A stretch of DNA of 64,000 nt from Savitreella phatthalungensis (Eukaryota): positions 310,001-374,000 of the forward strand of contig AP039689.1 in NCBI GenBank assembly GCA_051599415.1, written 5' to 3'. The notes below the pieces were generated by a model. The model ran no database searches. It saw nothing but the letters and a program-made list of their open reading frames with translations, and had not been told where the DNA came from. Shown in pieces: positions 43,739-55,610 of this stretch. The stretch's first letter is position 1. The number at the start of each line of letters is the position of its first letter. A program made the translations under genes and the position numbers.

Positions 43739-44563
43739 ATGAATCGAAGAGCAGGACTTGCTGCTTTCGACAAGGATATCAGCGATGCGCGCTTCAAGTC
43801 GCTCGGTCAAGACATCGTCAAACAGCAGTATGATGAGTTGCTGGCTCAATTCGAGACGTTCCAGCAAGCCTTGGCCGCATTTGCTCAATCCCATGCAGAA
43901 GAGATTCGTGCAGATCCCCAGTTCAGACAGCAGTTTGCTACGATGTGTACAGCCATCGGCATAGATCCCCTTCTATCTACTGCATTGCCGCCGGCTAGTG
44001 TGCACACAGGCTTGACCACTGGGAGCGCCAGGCTCGACAAGACTGTTCGAGCTGTTGTCAAGGACAAAAAGCTGGTTGGCGGCAAAGCGTGGCAGGATGC
44101 TCTTGGAATTGCAGACATCTACAACGAGCTCGCAGTACAAGTGATAGAGCACTGTCGACGCAGCCGTGCGTCAGATGGAGGCATGATTGCGGCTACAGAT
44201 CTGACGGCAAAGCTCAATGCCAGGCGTGCCAAATTCGGTGGTGTTGCCATCTCAGAAGATGACATCGAGAGAGCGGTTGCGAGGCTCAAAGTACTCGAGT
44301 CTGGCTTCGAAGTCATCCAGGTAGGATCGAGACGCATGGTACGCAGTGTGCCTCGCGAGCTCGATGGGGACGAAGCAACGGTGCTCGAGACATGCGAGAT
44401 TGTTGGACTAGTGTCTCGCTCGATGCTGGTTCTGAATCTTGGCTGGGATACAGGTCGAGCCGCCCAGGTTCTCGATGATATGGTCGGTGCTGGCCTGCTC
44501 TGGGTCGATGGGCAAGGCAGAGAAGTGGAATATTGGCAACCACCATCTGTCGGAGCATCATAG
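43739..44563 (+). CDS. SNF8: ESCRT-II subunit Vps22/Snf8
   Basis: RRAGLAAF, FRQQFATMCTAIGIDPL, ISEDDIERAV, VRSVPREL, GLLWVD. Confidence 0.95.
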   Translation: MNRRAGLAAFDKDISDARFKSLGQDIVKQQYDELLAQFETFQQALAAFAQSHAEEIRADPQFRQQFATMCTAIGIDPLLSTALPPASVHTGLTTGSARLDKTVRAVVKDKKLVGGKAWQDALGIADIYNELAVQVIEHCRRSRASDGGMIAATDLTAKLNARRAKFGGVAISEDDIERAVARLKVLESGFEVIQVGSRRMVRSVPRELDGDEATVLETCEIVGLVSRSMLVLNLGWDTGRAAQVLDDMVGAGLLWVDGQGREVEYWQPPSVGAS

Positions 44564-45076
44564 CCAACAAGCTGGTAAAGAACTGCCACATTCTTGCTTC
44601 TCGCGGTTGACGCCGTACGTGATAGAAGCTATGTAGAGATGCATGATTATGATTATGACCTGACGACTGTAAAGCGTGCAAAGGAGCTTATACTGAATGA
44701 AGCAGGACATTCAGTACTGAGATGAGGCATCAGTCAACGTTATCGCTGTTAGAGTATCCGTAGGTACGCCCAATACTGGTGACCGAGAGCCTTAAGCCAT
44801 ATCACCAGCTCGCCACTATGTTATGCTCGACTGCATTGCGACTGATCTCGAGTGCTTCTCCACTGTTGAGGCAAGTTTGCTATTTTCAGCAACGTACGCA
44901 ATGACAAAAATAAAAAGTCAAATGCGCAACATTCATACGTACGTAGGTAGGTACAAGAGCAGATAGCAGGACGCATCATACGTCAAGAGGTACACAGGCC
45001 AGGCTATGGTAGTCACAACTTCATAAACCTTCTCAATTGAGAGAGAGCTTTCGAGCTTCAGGCTTAGAGATACATC

Positions 45077-48000
45077 ATGGCAGCCGAGGAGCGGAAGGAG
45101 GACTCCCGCATGTCGGGCTATTCCTACTCAGCCATGTCGAACTTGGTCACTCGTGCCGACCGACGTTTCGTGGCACAGGCAGACGATGCAACAGGCGAAC
45201 CGGATAGTCTAGCGGGCCGAATATCGCTTTCAGAGATGGGCAGCCGCGCGCGCGCTTCTGAAGTGAATCCGCGAGAGATTGTCGAGCTTGACTCCATTCC
45301 CACGACAAGCCGCGCGGCCGAACGGAAACGCAAACGGTCGCGAGAGTATGCACAGCTGTCAAGTGCGCGCAACATCTATGAAGCCACGAGCTCGCTTGAA
45401 GGACTCACATACATCCCATCAACCACAGAAAACAAGACAAGATTACAAGCCTTGCTTCTCATCTTTTCCCAGACTCTTGGCTCGACCAGCCCTGATGTCG
45501 TCCGGTCAGCTGCAGATTTTGCTATCGAGACGCTCAAGGCGTCAACGGATGAGGATCAGCTAATGCAATCGCGAAAGACTATTGAAGAAATCTTGGGACA
45601 AGAGCTTGAGACAGCCACCTTCGAGCGGATAGCTCAATGTGTGGCAAGTATCGATGACTATAACACAGATGGAAATGCAGCAGGTCAGGATGAGGACGTT
45701 GCGGTCATTCTTGACGACAAGGATGACGAAGAATTTGAGGATGACGACGATGTCGATGAGGGACAATCGAGCGATGCCGAGTCTATGCGCGATCAGGACG
45801 AAGACGTGCCACCCACAGATGACGTGGACGCCGGAGAAGGCTCACTAAACATTCAACCGGACTCACTGGCGTTGCAGGTACCAGATCAGGACTGGTTGCA
45901 GCGCTCCATCACGGCCCACAATGCAAATGTCGATGTTGCACAGATTGCCGAAGTCTTGCTGTCCGATTCGACAGATCAACGAGCTGAAGATTCAGTGATG
46001 GAGCTGCTCGACTTCCAGCACGAGGAGCTTGCCACCTTACTGCTCAAGCGCAGGAACAGCTTCCGCCGCCAGGCGAACAATCCAGGCGCGCAGGATGAAC
46101 AGGATACCTTGGACACGCCAGCGTCGATTCGAGACATCGACCTCGAGGACTATGCCTTTGCCGATGGCGTTCATTTCATGAGCAACAAAAAGGTCAGCCT
46201 TCCAGAGGGCAGTTTCAAGCGGGTATTTCCTACGCACGAGGAAATTCAGGTACCTGTCGCCAAGCAAGCGGCTCAGTCAGCAAATCTCGTGCCCATCACT
46301 GAGCTTCCGTCATGGGCACAAGCTGCGTTTCCTTCACATACCACCCTGAACCCAATTCAGAGCAGGATCTTCCCGGCAGCCTTCCACAACCGAGAGAATT
46401 TACTACTCTGTGCGCCCACAGGTGCTGGCAAGACCAATGTCGCCATGTTGTGCATTCTCAACGAACTTCAGCGCTTCCGAAACGACTCGACTGGCGAAAT
46501 TGCGCTTGACGACTTCAAGGTTGTGTACATCGCCCCGCTCAAGGCTCTTGTGAACGAGATGATGCGAAACTTTTCGAATCGCTTGCAGCCATATGGTATC
46601 CAGGTTGGCGAGCTGACAGGAGACAGCCAGCTATCCCGTGGCCAACTTGCTCGCACCAATATTATTGTCACTACGCCGGAGAAGTGGGACGTCGTCATGC
46701 GAAAGGCCAACGATGCCTCGGTCACCTCCCTCGTCGGGTTGATGATCATCGACGAGATTCACTTGCTGCACGATACAAGAGGGCCCGTCCTGGAGTCGAT
46801 TGTAGCACGCTTGAAAGGCTCGGCAGAGACACCTCGCATTGTCGGACTCTCTGCCACGCTGCCAAATTACCGTGATGTGGCAACCTTCATCGGCGCAGAC
46901 CAAGACCGAGGAGTCTATTACTTCGACAGCACCTTCCGCCCATGTCCGCTACATCAGACATTTGTCGGTGTCACAGAAAAGAAAGCCATTCAAAGATTGC
47001 AAGCTCTGAACGCGATCTGCTACGATAAGGCTCTGGAGGCAGTAAAGAGCGGACATCAAGTTCTGGTTTTCGTGCACTCACGGGTCGACACATTCCGTAC
47101 AGCAAAGTACATCCGTGACAAGGCTATTGCTGATGAGACGATTGGCGAGATCCTGCGCAATGATGCAGCCACTCGAGAAATCCTCAAGCAAGAGTCAGAG
47201 ACAGTCTCACATGCGGGCTTAAAGGAAGTTCTGCCATTCGGCTTGGCTTTGCATCATGCTGGTCTCACAAAAGCTGATCGCTCGATTTCGGAGGACCTCT
47301 TCGCGGATGGTCATGCTCGAATTCTGGTAGCGACGGCGACTCTCGCCTGGGGCGTCAATCTTCCTGCACATGCCGTCATCATCAAAGGCACACAGATCTA
47401 TTCGCCGGATGCCGGGGCATTCATCGAGCTTTCCCCGCAAGACGTTCTGCAGATGCTTGGAAGAGCTGGTCGGCCGCAATATGACACATACGGCGAAGGC
47501 ACCATTCTTACGAATCACGCACAGCTGCAGTACTATCTCAGTCTGATGAACCAGCAGCTGCCAATTGAGTCGCAGCTCATCAGTAAGCTGCCCGATATGC
47601 TTAACGCCGAGGTCGTTCTCGGGAAAATACGTACGCGTGAAGAAGCCGTTTCGTGGCTCGGTCAGACCTACCTTTACGTACGTATGCTCGCCGAACCCGC
47701 GCTATACGGCGTGAATCAGTCCGATGGCGATGCCGGCCTCCACACGCAGAGGGAGGAATTCGTTCATGCTGCTGCAAAGATGCTAGCCGACTGTCATCTC
47801 GTCAAATACAATGTCGACACTGGCCGCATTCAACCGACAGACCTCGGGCGGATTGCGTCCCACTACTATCTCTCCCACCGTTCGATGCGGCTGTATAACA
47901 AGCAGTTGAGAGCGAATTTGACACACATCGACCTGTTCCGGATCTTTGCGCAGTCCGACGAGTTCCGCAACATTTCGATCCGTGAGGATGAGCGGCTCGA

Positions 48001-51000
48001 GGTGGCGAAGATATTGGAAAGGGTGCCTATTCCCGTGCGTGAGAGCATGGACGAGCCCCTTTGCAAGGTCAATCTTCTCTTGCAAGCGTACATCTCCAGG
48101 GCCAAGCTCGATGGCTTCGCCCTTGTCGCAGACATGGTTTACATCAGCCAGTCTGCCGGTCGACTTCTTCGCGCAATCTTTGAGATCTGCTTGCATCACC
48201 GATGGGCACAGGCGACCCGTCTTACGCTCGAGACGTGTAAAATGGCCGAAAGAGGTCAGTGGCAAACCCGAACGCCATTAGCACAGTATCCCAACTGCCC
48301 TCGCGATGTGCTCCGTCGTGTCGAACGGAAGGATTTCCCATGGTCGCGGTATTTCGAACTCGATCCTCAGGAGATGTTTGAGCTGCTGGGCGATATGAAT
48401 GTGGCTCGGAAGGTGCATGCGATGGTTCGTCAGTTTCCGAGACTCGACGTCGTCGTCAACATGCAGCCCATGACGCGCTCCGGCTTCCGCATGCAGCTCT
48501 CCATCACCAGTCTTTTCGAATGGGATCGTGAATTGCACGGTGCGTCGCAGATGTTCTGGATCTTCGTCGAAGATTGTGATGCCTCACGTATTCTCGCATT
48601 CGACCAGTTCCTTCTCCGTGAGGCTGATCAGGCGCGGGAACACTTCGTCGACTTATGGCTACCGTGCTTCGAGCCTGTCTCCCCTCAGTACTTCGTCACC
48701 ATCACGTCAAACAACTGGCTCCATTGCGAGAATCGAGTGGCCGTTCCGCTGAGGGATATCGTGTTCCCACCGCGCGCGCCACGAGGAACCGCCTTAACGG
48801 CTACAGAGCGCCTGTCAACGGCAGACCCTGTTGTCGCAAAAGATATCGCTCTTTTCAAAGGACAGCTGCCGTTCACACTTATCGAGACTCAGGCATTTGA
48901 ACTTGTCGCCAGGTCTTCCGACAGTTGTTTCGTCGCCTCACCCAATCCAGCGTCAAGACGGGTACTCCCAACATTTGCACTGCTCCAGCACTTCGAAACC
49001 GACGAAGCTGAGTCAGTGGCCGTCTACTTGTCACCCTTCCGTGACGAGCTTCTTCAGCTTCACAGTGCCTGGAAGAACCATTTCGAGCAGCGTTTCACAA
49101 TACGCGTTGGTCTGCTCGAAGAAGACCGGGGAAGACATCTGGCGATCGCTAGATCGTCACAGCTGATCTTATCGACGCCCCTTGACTGGGAGCACCTGTC
49201 ACGTCGTTGGCAATCACGTCGCTTTCTGCACAAGGTGTCATTGATTATCGCGGACCACATCGACCAGATTGATTCAGTCAGTGGCACAGCGTATGAGATA
49301 GCCATGTCTCGTGCCCGCTATGTAAGTGCGCAGGTGGACAACAAGCTGCGTATCGTCGCGTTCAGTACCCCGGTTGCAGATGGTCGAGATCTGGCAGATT
49401 GGCTCGATATCAAGCCTGCTCACATCCTCAATTTCAGGCCGAGTACGCGCGAGCAGGCCGTCAATATTCGCATTCAGACACTGCCAGTGGTGTCGTTTCA
49501 GGCGCAGATGCTCAACTTCATCAGGATGGCAACGCACGAGCTCTCGGAAGCGCTCGCTGACGAACAAGTCATCCTCTGCGTCCCCCATGCTGCTCAGTGC
49601 CTGCAGTATGCTCAAGCGTGCTTGCAGGTCTCTCGAGCCGTGAAAGCAGAGGACGATGTCAAGATGGAGGGTGTCGATGAAGAAAAGCTTCCAGGACATG
49701 ATGTCGAGGTGATCATGGCGTCGTCGCCGGCCACTGAGCGCGCAGCAATCTCTGAGGCTTTTAAGGCAGGAACGGTGAGAACTTTGATTGTGGAGCAGAG
49801 CTGCGTGCGTACGCTGGATCTTCGAGCCCCGGTGGTTCTCCTGGTCGGTACCCAACGCTACGAGCCGTCGCAGCATCGGTATGTCGATTATACGAGTGTC
49901 GAGCTGAGCAATGTGCTGCACTTGACGGGAACCAGTGAGTTTCCAAGCGCAGCCCCGGCCAAAGTGGTCATCATGTCGACAGTGAACAAACGCGACTATC
50001 TTAAACGCACATTAGCTGATCCACTCGACCTCGAGAGTCAGCTGCCGTCAGCAATCCACGACGACATGCTTGCCGAGATGGCCGGTCGGGTAATCGAGTC
50101 GAAGCAGGAAGCTGTTGATTGGATCACTTGGAGTCTGTTCTACCGACGGCTTGTTTCGAATCCGTCGTACTACGGCCTGGACGCTGCAACGCACGACGGC
50201 GTGTCAAATCTGTTGTCGGACCTTGTGGAGGACACGACGCAGCAGCTGGCCGAAGCGGAATTGCTGGAAGCCACCGAGGACAACGAGTTGCAGTTGACAA
50301 ATTTGGGCACAATCGCCGCGCACTACGGCGTCTCCTACTTGACCGTCCAGACATTCTTCCTCAGCTTCACGGCGCGCACGCGACTCAAAGGACTGCTAGA
50401 AATCCTATGTGCTGCGACGGAGCTCGACTTCTTCGCCGTCCGGCCCGAAGAGGAGAAGATACTGGAGAAGATCGCGCGGACTGTACCACTTAAACTCGAG
50501 TTTGAGTTTGACAATCCGCACCACAAAGCCTTCATCCTCCTGCAGGCGCACTTCTCTCGATATGTGTTGCCTTCGGCAATGGAGATGGACATGGCGTTAC
50601 TGCTACCGCTGATGGTGACGACACTGGTGCCGGCGTCCGTCGATGTCATGGCGACTACAGGCCTCGGCGACCTCGTCGTCCTTACTGCCGAGCTATCGCA
50701 AATGCTCGTCCAGGCAGTCTGGGACCGAGACTCGCCACTCAAGCAGGTCCCGCACTTCGACCCGGACACTGTCGCCAAGTTGAAACAGGCAGGCGTCGCA
50801 GACGTCATCCAGGTCGCAGAACTCGACAACGACGAGCGAACACAACTGCTCGCCGATCTGACACCACCCCAGATGAACGACGTCGCCAGATTCTGCAACG
50901 GATACCCGGACATCGAGATGGCTGTCGAGCTTGTTGGCGAGAGCGATGAGGATGCAGAGAGGATTGCAACGGTAGCTGGCTCGAGTGCGCAAGTACGCGT

Positions 51001-51349
51001 CAGCTTGCAGCGCAACATCGATCCTGAGGATGTCCAAGGTGATCCCGAAGGCGCGTATCTGCGAGTGACTGCACCGCTTTACCCGCTCGAGAAGCGCGAG
51101 TCCTGGTGGATTGTGCTTGTCCACTCATCAGGATCGGAAGGAAGCGGCGGCAGCGGACAGAAGGGATTGCTCGCACTCAGACGAGTCACCTTGGCAGAGA
51201 CCTTATCGATCGACCTCGAGTTCACGGCGCCGGCGGAATCAACAGAGCTTTCAGTCCTCTTCATCAGTGACGCGTATGCAGGCACCGACCTTGAGCAGAC
51301 TTTACATCTTCAAGTTGTTCCAGGTGGCGAGGAGGAGAACGACTCGTGA
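45077..51349 (+). CDS. BRR2: U5 snRNP helicase Brr2
   Basis: YSAMSNLV, APTGAGKT, DEIH, two helicase-Sec63 cassettes, 2090 aa. Confidence 0.98.
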   Translation: MAAEERKEDSRMSGYSYSAMSNLVTRADRRFVAQADDATGEPDSLAGRISLSEMGSRARASEVNPREIVELDSIPTTSRAAERKRKRSREYAQLSSARNIYEATSSLEGLTYIPSTTENKTRLQALLLIFSQTLGSTSPDVVRSAADFAIETLKASTDEDQLMQSRKTIEEILGQELETATFERIAQCVASIDDYNTDGNAAGQDEDVAVILDDKDDEEFEDDDDVDEGQSSDAESMRDQDEDVPPTDDVDAGEGSLNIQPDSLALQVPDQDWLQRSITAHNANVDVAQIAEVLLSDSTDQRAEDSVMELLDFQHEELATLLLKRRNSFRRQANNPGAQDEQDTLDTPASIRDIDLEDYAFADGVHFMSNKKVSLPEGSFKRVFPTHEEIQVPVAKQAAQSANLVPITELPSWAQAAFPSHTTLNPIQSRIFPAAFHNRENLLLCAPTGAGKTNVAMLCILNELQRFRNDSTGEIALDDFKVVYIAPLKALVNEMMRNFSNRLQPYGIQVGELTGDSQLSRGQLARTNIIVTTPEKWDVVMRKANDASVTSLVGLMIIDEIHLLHDTRGPVLESIVARLKGSAETPRIVGLSATLPNYRDVATFIGADQDRGVYYFDSTFRPCPLHQTFVGVTEKKAIQRLQALNAICYDKALEAVKSGHQVLVFVHSRVDTFRTAKYIRDKAIADETIGEILRNDAATREILKQESETVSHAGLKEVLPFGLALHHAGLTKADRSISEDLFADGHARILVATATLAWGVNLPAHAVIIKGTQIYSPDAGAFIELSPQDVLQMLGRAGRPQYDTYGEGTILTNHAQLQYYLSLMNQQLPIESQLISKLPDMLNAEVVLGKIRTREEAVSWLGQTYLYVRMLAEPALYGVNQSDGDAGLHTQREEFVHAAAKMLADCHLVKYNVDTGRIQPTDLGRIASHYYLSHRSMRLYNKQLRANLTHIDLFRIFAQSDEFRNISIREDERLEVAKILERVPIPVRESMDEPLCKVNLLLQAYISRAKLDGFALVADMVYISQSAGRLLRAIFEICLHHRWAQATRLTLETCKMAERGQWQTRTPLAQYPNCPRDVLRRVERKDFPWSRYFELDPQEMFELLGDMNVARKVHAMVRQFPRLDVVVNMQPMTRSGFRMQLSITSLFEWDRELHGASQMFWIFVEDCDASRILAFDQFLLREADQAREHFVDLWLPCFEPVSPQYFVTITSNNWLHCENRVAVPLRDIVFPPRAPRGTALTATERLSTADPVVAKDIALFKGQLPFTLIETQAFELVARSSDSCFVASPNPASRRVLPTFALLQHFETDEAESVAVYLSPFRDELLQLHSAWKNHFEQRFTIRVGLLEEDRGRHLAIARSSQLILSTPLDWEHLSRRWQSRRFLHKVSLIIADHIDQIDSVSGTAYEIAMSRARYVSAQVDNKLRIVAFSTPVADGRDLADWLDIKPAHILNFRPSTREQAVNIRIQTLPVVSFQAQMLNFIRMATHELSEALADEQVILCVPHAAQCLQYAQACLQVSRAVKAEDDVKMEGVDEEKLPGHDVEVIMASSPATERAAISEAFKAGTVRTLIVEQSCVRTLDLRAPVVLLVGTQRYEPSQHRYVDYTSVELSNVLHLTGTSEFPSAAPAKVVIMSTVNKRDYLKRTLADPLDLESQLPSAIHDDMLAEMAGRVIESKQEAVDWITWSLFYRRLVSNPSYYGLDAATHDGVSNLLSDLVEDTTQQLAEAELLEATEDNELQLTNLGTIAAHYGVSYLTVQTFFLSFTARTRLKGLLEILCAATELDFFAVRPEEEKILEKIARTVPLKLEFEFDNPHHKAFILLQAHFSRYVLPSAMEMDMALLLPLMVTTLVPASVDVMATTGLGDLVVLTAELSQMLVQAVWDRDSPLKQVPHFDPDTVAKLKQAGVADVIQVAELDNDERTQLLADLTPPQMNDVARFCNGYPDIEMAVELVGESDEDAERIATVAGSSAQVRVSLQRNIDPEDVQGDPEGAYLRVTAPLYPLEKRESWWIVLVHSSGSEGSGGSGQKGLLALRRVTLAETLSIDLEFTAPAESTELSVLFISDAYAGTDLEQTLHLQVVPGGEEENDS

Positions 51350-51497
51350 ACAATGGGTAGGAGAATGTACGAATCATGCTGTAGCTAGGATCTCGATTGT
51401 ACATAGACTTCATTTATATAACTTATTAGGTATATATCGGATCTGTCGTAGTCTGGCGTGAGAGGTAACACGAATCTGGCAGAAAGATGACTATCGT

Positions 51498-52484
51498 CTA
51501 TCGTCTGTCGTCGTGCCGTGATTGGTTCGAGTTGCGATGAGGCAGCGACTCTCTGCGCAGACCATCGTACTGGTAGAATGGGAAGTCGAGCATGATCGAT
51601 CTCTTGATAAATCGTGGAAGAGGACGGTAGAGGGCTGGCGGAACGGGAAAGAAGATGGAGGTGCGATCAAGGTAGTCAATGTATGCGTCCGGATCGTCGC
51701 CTTCTGCTTGCTTTTTCTGAGCAGGCTTCTCCTGGAGTGGCAGACCACTGATACCGAAGAGCAGGGCAGTAATGAAGACTGGGCTTACGATCGCGACCCA
51801 CAAAGCAGCAACTGCACGGCCACTGATGTCACCTCTTATTGCTGGCGCAAGGCATAATGACCAGATACCCCACCAAAGGACAATCTCACCGAAGTAATTT
51901 GGGTGGCGCGACCAGCCCCAGATGCCGTAGTCGCAGAAGTGCTTCGGGTTCTTCTTCTTGTATGTGTACTTTGTCTGGTCTGCAAGCGCCTCGATCAGGA
52001 AGCCGACTGCCCAAAGGACGACACCTGCAATATCGGAAGGAGCTCCGAATGATGGTTGTGCATATCGCTGAACTTCCGGTGAGTTGAGGAAAGTCAGTGG
52101 GAGACTGACTGTCCAGACCCAGACCATCTGGAAGACCCAGAATCCAAGGAACTTGAAGAAATTGTCGCGCTTGTCATCGAATCGCGAATCGCTGCCAGAC
52201 TTGAGGATGCGGAAGAGGAGGAAGCCGCTAAGTCTGAGAGCCCAGACCATGACAAAGATCGAGGCGATGATACTGCGTGCATCGTTTGGGTGGTTGATGC
52301 CTCCACAGAGGAGTGTGAAGAGTGCGAGGAAGAAGAAGTTCGTTCCACCTGCAAAGTCTGTGACTTTGTCGAATTTGAAAGTCCATGCAACGGCGAAGAA
52401 GGCGAGTTGATAGCCTATCGTAATGAGGAGCGTGATGGAGGCATAGTAAGGGTCAAGAACGTGGACGTAGCCCGCGGTAGGCAT
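51498..52484 (-). CDS. DUF1295 (steroid 5-alpha-reductase-like) membrane protein
   Basis: FDKVTDFAGGTNF, DSRFD, WSRHPNYFGE, SGLPLQE. Confidence 0.9.
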   Translation of the reverse strand: MPTAGYVHVLDPYYASITLLITIGYQLAFFAVAWTFKFDKVTDFAGGTNFFFLALFTLLCGGINHPNDARSIIASIFVMVWALRLSGFLLFRILKSGSDSRFDDKRDNFFKFLGFWVFQMVWVWTVSLPLTFLNSPEVQRYAQPSFGAPSDIAGVVLWAVGFLIEALADQTKYTYKKKNPKHFCDYGIWGWSRHPNYFGEIVLWWGIWSLCLAPAIRGDISGRAVAALWVAIVSPVFITALLFGISGLPLQEKPAQKKQAEGDDPDAYIDYLDRTSIFFPVPPALYRPLPRFIKRSIMLDFPFYQYDGLRRESLPHRNSNQSRHDDRR

Positions 52485-53508
52485 GGCGCTCGGACAAGTG
52501 ATCTTTCAGGAAGCGCGCTGTAATTTCCAAAGGGTTATGAGTGCAGGAGACGCGGGCGCAGGATACGGTGTAGTCTTGGATAGTGTTTGGATGGTGGTGA
52601 TTAGATTATAAGATATCGGTGTCGTGGATGTATGCGCAAGGGTATTTGAGTGTTTGGGGGGAGTAGGACACTAGACCTGCGGAGGATGCAGAGGATGATG
52701 ATAGTGATGATGATGGTGATGATGACTACTTCGAACAGTATCTTCGTAACCTGACAAATCACGTTGTGTTTCAGAAATTGCGCAGCGAATGATGTCATTC
52801 ATTCAAAATCCACAAGCAAATCCACAAGGAGGAAATTGCCTGTACGTATATAACTCAGAACTATCGAACCATAGACTTTCTCAAAAAGCAGATTAAAATT
52901 CTCCGTTTTGGCTTAATTGATTCTGATTGACGGCCGGGGAGATCCTCTCAAAGCAGAATTCAATCCCCTATGAAACGTTGAAATCGGGATTTTACTATGG
53001 AGGAGGTTGACTTCCTCACAGCAACGTCGAAATCAGATCGGGATTTTGTCAAATTTCGCATCGGGAAATTTTTAATGAATTGAATTAGTAAGTTGGGAAT
53101 CGGGAATTAGAATCCTTAGATCGGGATCTTCTGCCGGGATTTTGCTGTCTTGAAACAGGATTCGGGATTCCATCTAGGCAACTGCCAAGTTTGAACAAAT
53201 TTTGCTAAGTTCAAAACTTTTGAACGAATTTTGCTAAGTTGAAACACGAAGATCTCCACTACAGACAGACAGACAGAGAAAGTGCAGTATCCCCCACACA
53301 CACATTCTACCTGAAACGCGTCATCAGAACACCAACACACTGTACACCATGTAGTTGAGGCATTGTCAGTCTCTTTGTTGTTCTACAGTAGGTCTCAATT
53401 GAGGACTGCTGCTGAGTAGCAAAGAGGCTGTCTCTACCTGTGACCATCTGGTACTCACTGGGATACTGGTCTGCACTCTCCCTTAGTCGATCAAGAGACT
53501 GACATTGA

Positions 53509-53541
53509 CAGCAGCAGCAGCAGCAGCAGCAACAACAACAA
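53509..53541. repeat. (CAG)7(CAA)4 microsatellite
   Basis: Read directly from the sequence. Confidence 0.95.
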
Positions 53542-53689
53542 TGTAAGACATGGTTCTTTTCACAGACCAGGACTGACAAAGAACAGTAGGAACAAACAGT
53601 ACAGCAGGACCTCTCACACATCACCACGGGTATGATCCACACTTCAACTTGCCAGAGCAGCCATACTAACTACAGCAGACTGCGTATCA

Positions 53690-53782
53690 AACAAACAGAC
53701 AGACAGGCAGAAAGGCAGAGAGACAGACAGGCAGACAGGCAGGCAAAGGGCAGGCAGGCAGGCAGGCAGATAGGCAGACAAA
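53690..53782. repeat. Imperfect (AGAC/AGGC)n tetranucleotide tract
   Basis: acagacagacaggcag...ggcaggcaggcaggcagataggcagaca. Confidence 0.9.
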
Positions 53783-54637
53783 AGGCAAAGGACCACTTCA
53801 ACAGCATCGACATCCTTGTCCTGTCAACTCCGCTGCTGTTTCAAGTAGAGGCAGCACTGTCCAATAGCATTCTAGAATCAATCATTTCAATCTGAAACAG
53901 GTATCCCACGTTTTAAAAGCCGAACCCCGTTCACTAGCCACAGTAAAACCCGTATCCCAATTCCCGTCCAAAAGTGGTTACAAATTGGCGGGTTTCGGGA
54001 AAATCGAGTGGCCCGGCTCAGCTCCGTCCAAAATCGGTTGAAAACCCGTAGCAAGAATTCAAGATCCCGAAATTTTGGGCTTATAGGGTCGCGTAAACGA
54101 GCTGTAGCTCGCTTAACTTCCTAAGCTCTCTCTACCTGTATTGACCAGTCAGCCAGCAAACTCTTGAGTAAGAGGGCAATGCGTCATACTCATGCCCTCC
54201 CCAAAGCCTGGACATACGCACTGCAATTCCTCGAAGAGCTGAGATGGTGTATGGATTGGTGCCCTCCATAGCTGGTCTAACGAAAATATGCTTCATTGCA
54301 AGGACAAGTCCTTTGGTGAGGCGTCTTGCCGATTGACATGTCTGGTGCACACCGATGAACGTCCTCGCACGCCGTTCGGGCTCTGCCTGCTGGTCGTAAC
54401 ACGTCTCCGGCGTGGCTTAAGGGCTTGACGCAAAACATGAAATTTAAATGCATGGACTAACTCCGTCACGCTTTAGTATGGATGATAATGTCGATGAACA
54501 TATGAGGTTTGAGGATAACATGCATATTGGTGCTCATTTGGTATGCTCATATGTAGGTACAGTTGAAATGCGGTTGATGTCGTGTATGTCTCCGGTGAAT
54601 GGAGGGCACCCAAGATCGAAGGTTCAGACCAAGCAAT

Positions 54638-55233
54638 CTATGCAGTCGCAGCCTTCGGCTTCTTCGCGCCATATTTGGATCTTGAAGTAGACCGATTGGC
54701 TACACCTCCCAGGTCCTGAGTACCCCGGACGATGTGGTAACGCACACCAGGTAGATCTTGCACGCGACCGCCGCGCACGAGCACGACGCTGTGCTCCTGG
54801 CAATTGTGCCCTTCACCAGGGATATATGCAATCACAAACTTTCCAGTTGTCAGCTTCACCCTCGCGACCTTTCGCACTGCAGAGTTTGGCTTCTTGGGTT
54901 TTGTCTGTGTAATTGTCAGTCTCGTGCTCATACAAAGGTTCTGATTCCTGCATCACTTACCGTGTAAACCTTGTTACATACGCCCTTCTTGAAAGGACAG
55001 CTCGTCAGCGCAGGTCCAGCACGCTTGATCATCGTCTTGTGCTTCCGTGCACCGCGCATAATCTGACTCAGTGTCGTCGCTGATCTCGTCTGACCCAGTC
55101 CATGCCTCGAGTACGCAGTTACCTGGTGTTGTGGACATTTATATGCCTGTGCTCGCGGTAGCGCTGTAGCTGCCACTGTCCGCGGTGCTGCACTGAGTCG
55201 CAGTCCGCGAAACGCCGACGCAAGCGAGAACAT
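54638..55233 (-). CDS. MRPS12: Mitochondrial ribosomal protein uS12m; exons 55233-54961 and 54904-54638
   Basis: 56-nt intron yields [47 protein letters not shown]. Confidence 0.95.
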
Positions 55234-55610
55234 CCTGCGAAGCTGAGTTACAGAAGCTTGAGCCAAGTTTTTCCGAGCGAGATCCGATTGTGCGAGAGCG
55301 GCAGATCTTTTTATCTGTACACTAGAACGCAGGAGTTGCTGTCGGGCTTTGTAGCTTAGACCACAGGCGTGATACTACTTTTCCTTTTGAGTCAGGCGTT
55401 TAGACAACTTGACTTTTGTCCTGCTTCACGTGCTCGCATTCCTCTATAGTGGATTGAATATCATCAGGATTTGAATTTATAGCTGTGGAGCACATACGAT
55501 CAAGCATTTACGATCAGGCACGTACATTACATACAGGCTGAGGTTATCAAGATCGAGTCCATAAGTGACACAGCATCCCATCCCCATATCTCTAAAGCCT
55601 AGTCTTTACG

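Larger units (their letters stand above)
52966..54088. mobile_element. Putative non-autonomous DNA transposon-like element
   Basis: Imperfect inverted termini CCCTAT-N12-TCGGGAT, flanking TC dinucleotides, clustered CGGGA subterminal repeats, internal microsatellites, no coding capacity. Confidence 0.4.

Noticed and set aside
48800..50000. Degenerate Walker A and DExH motifs in the second Brr2 cassette
   Set aside because: An inactive C-terminal cassette is a known Brr2 property, not pseudogenisation
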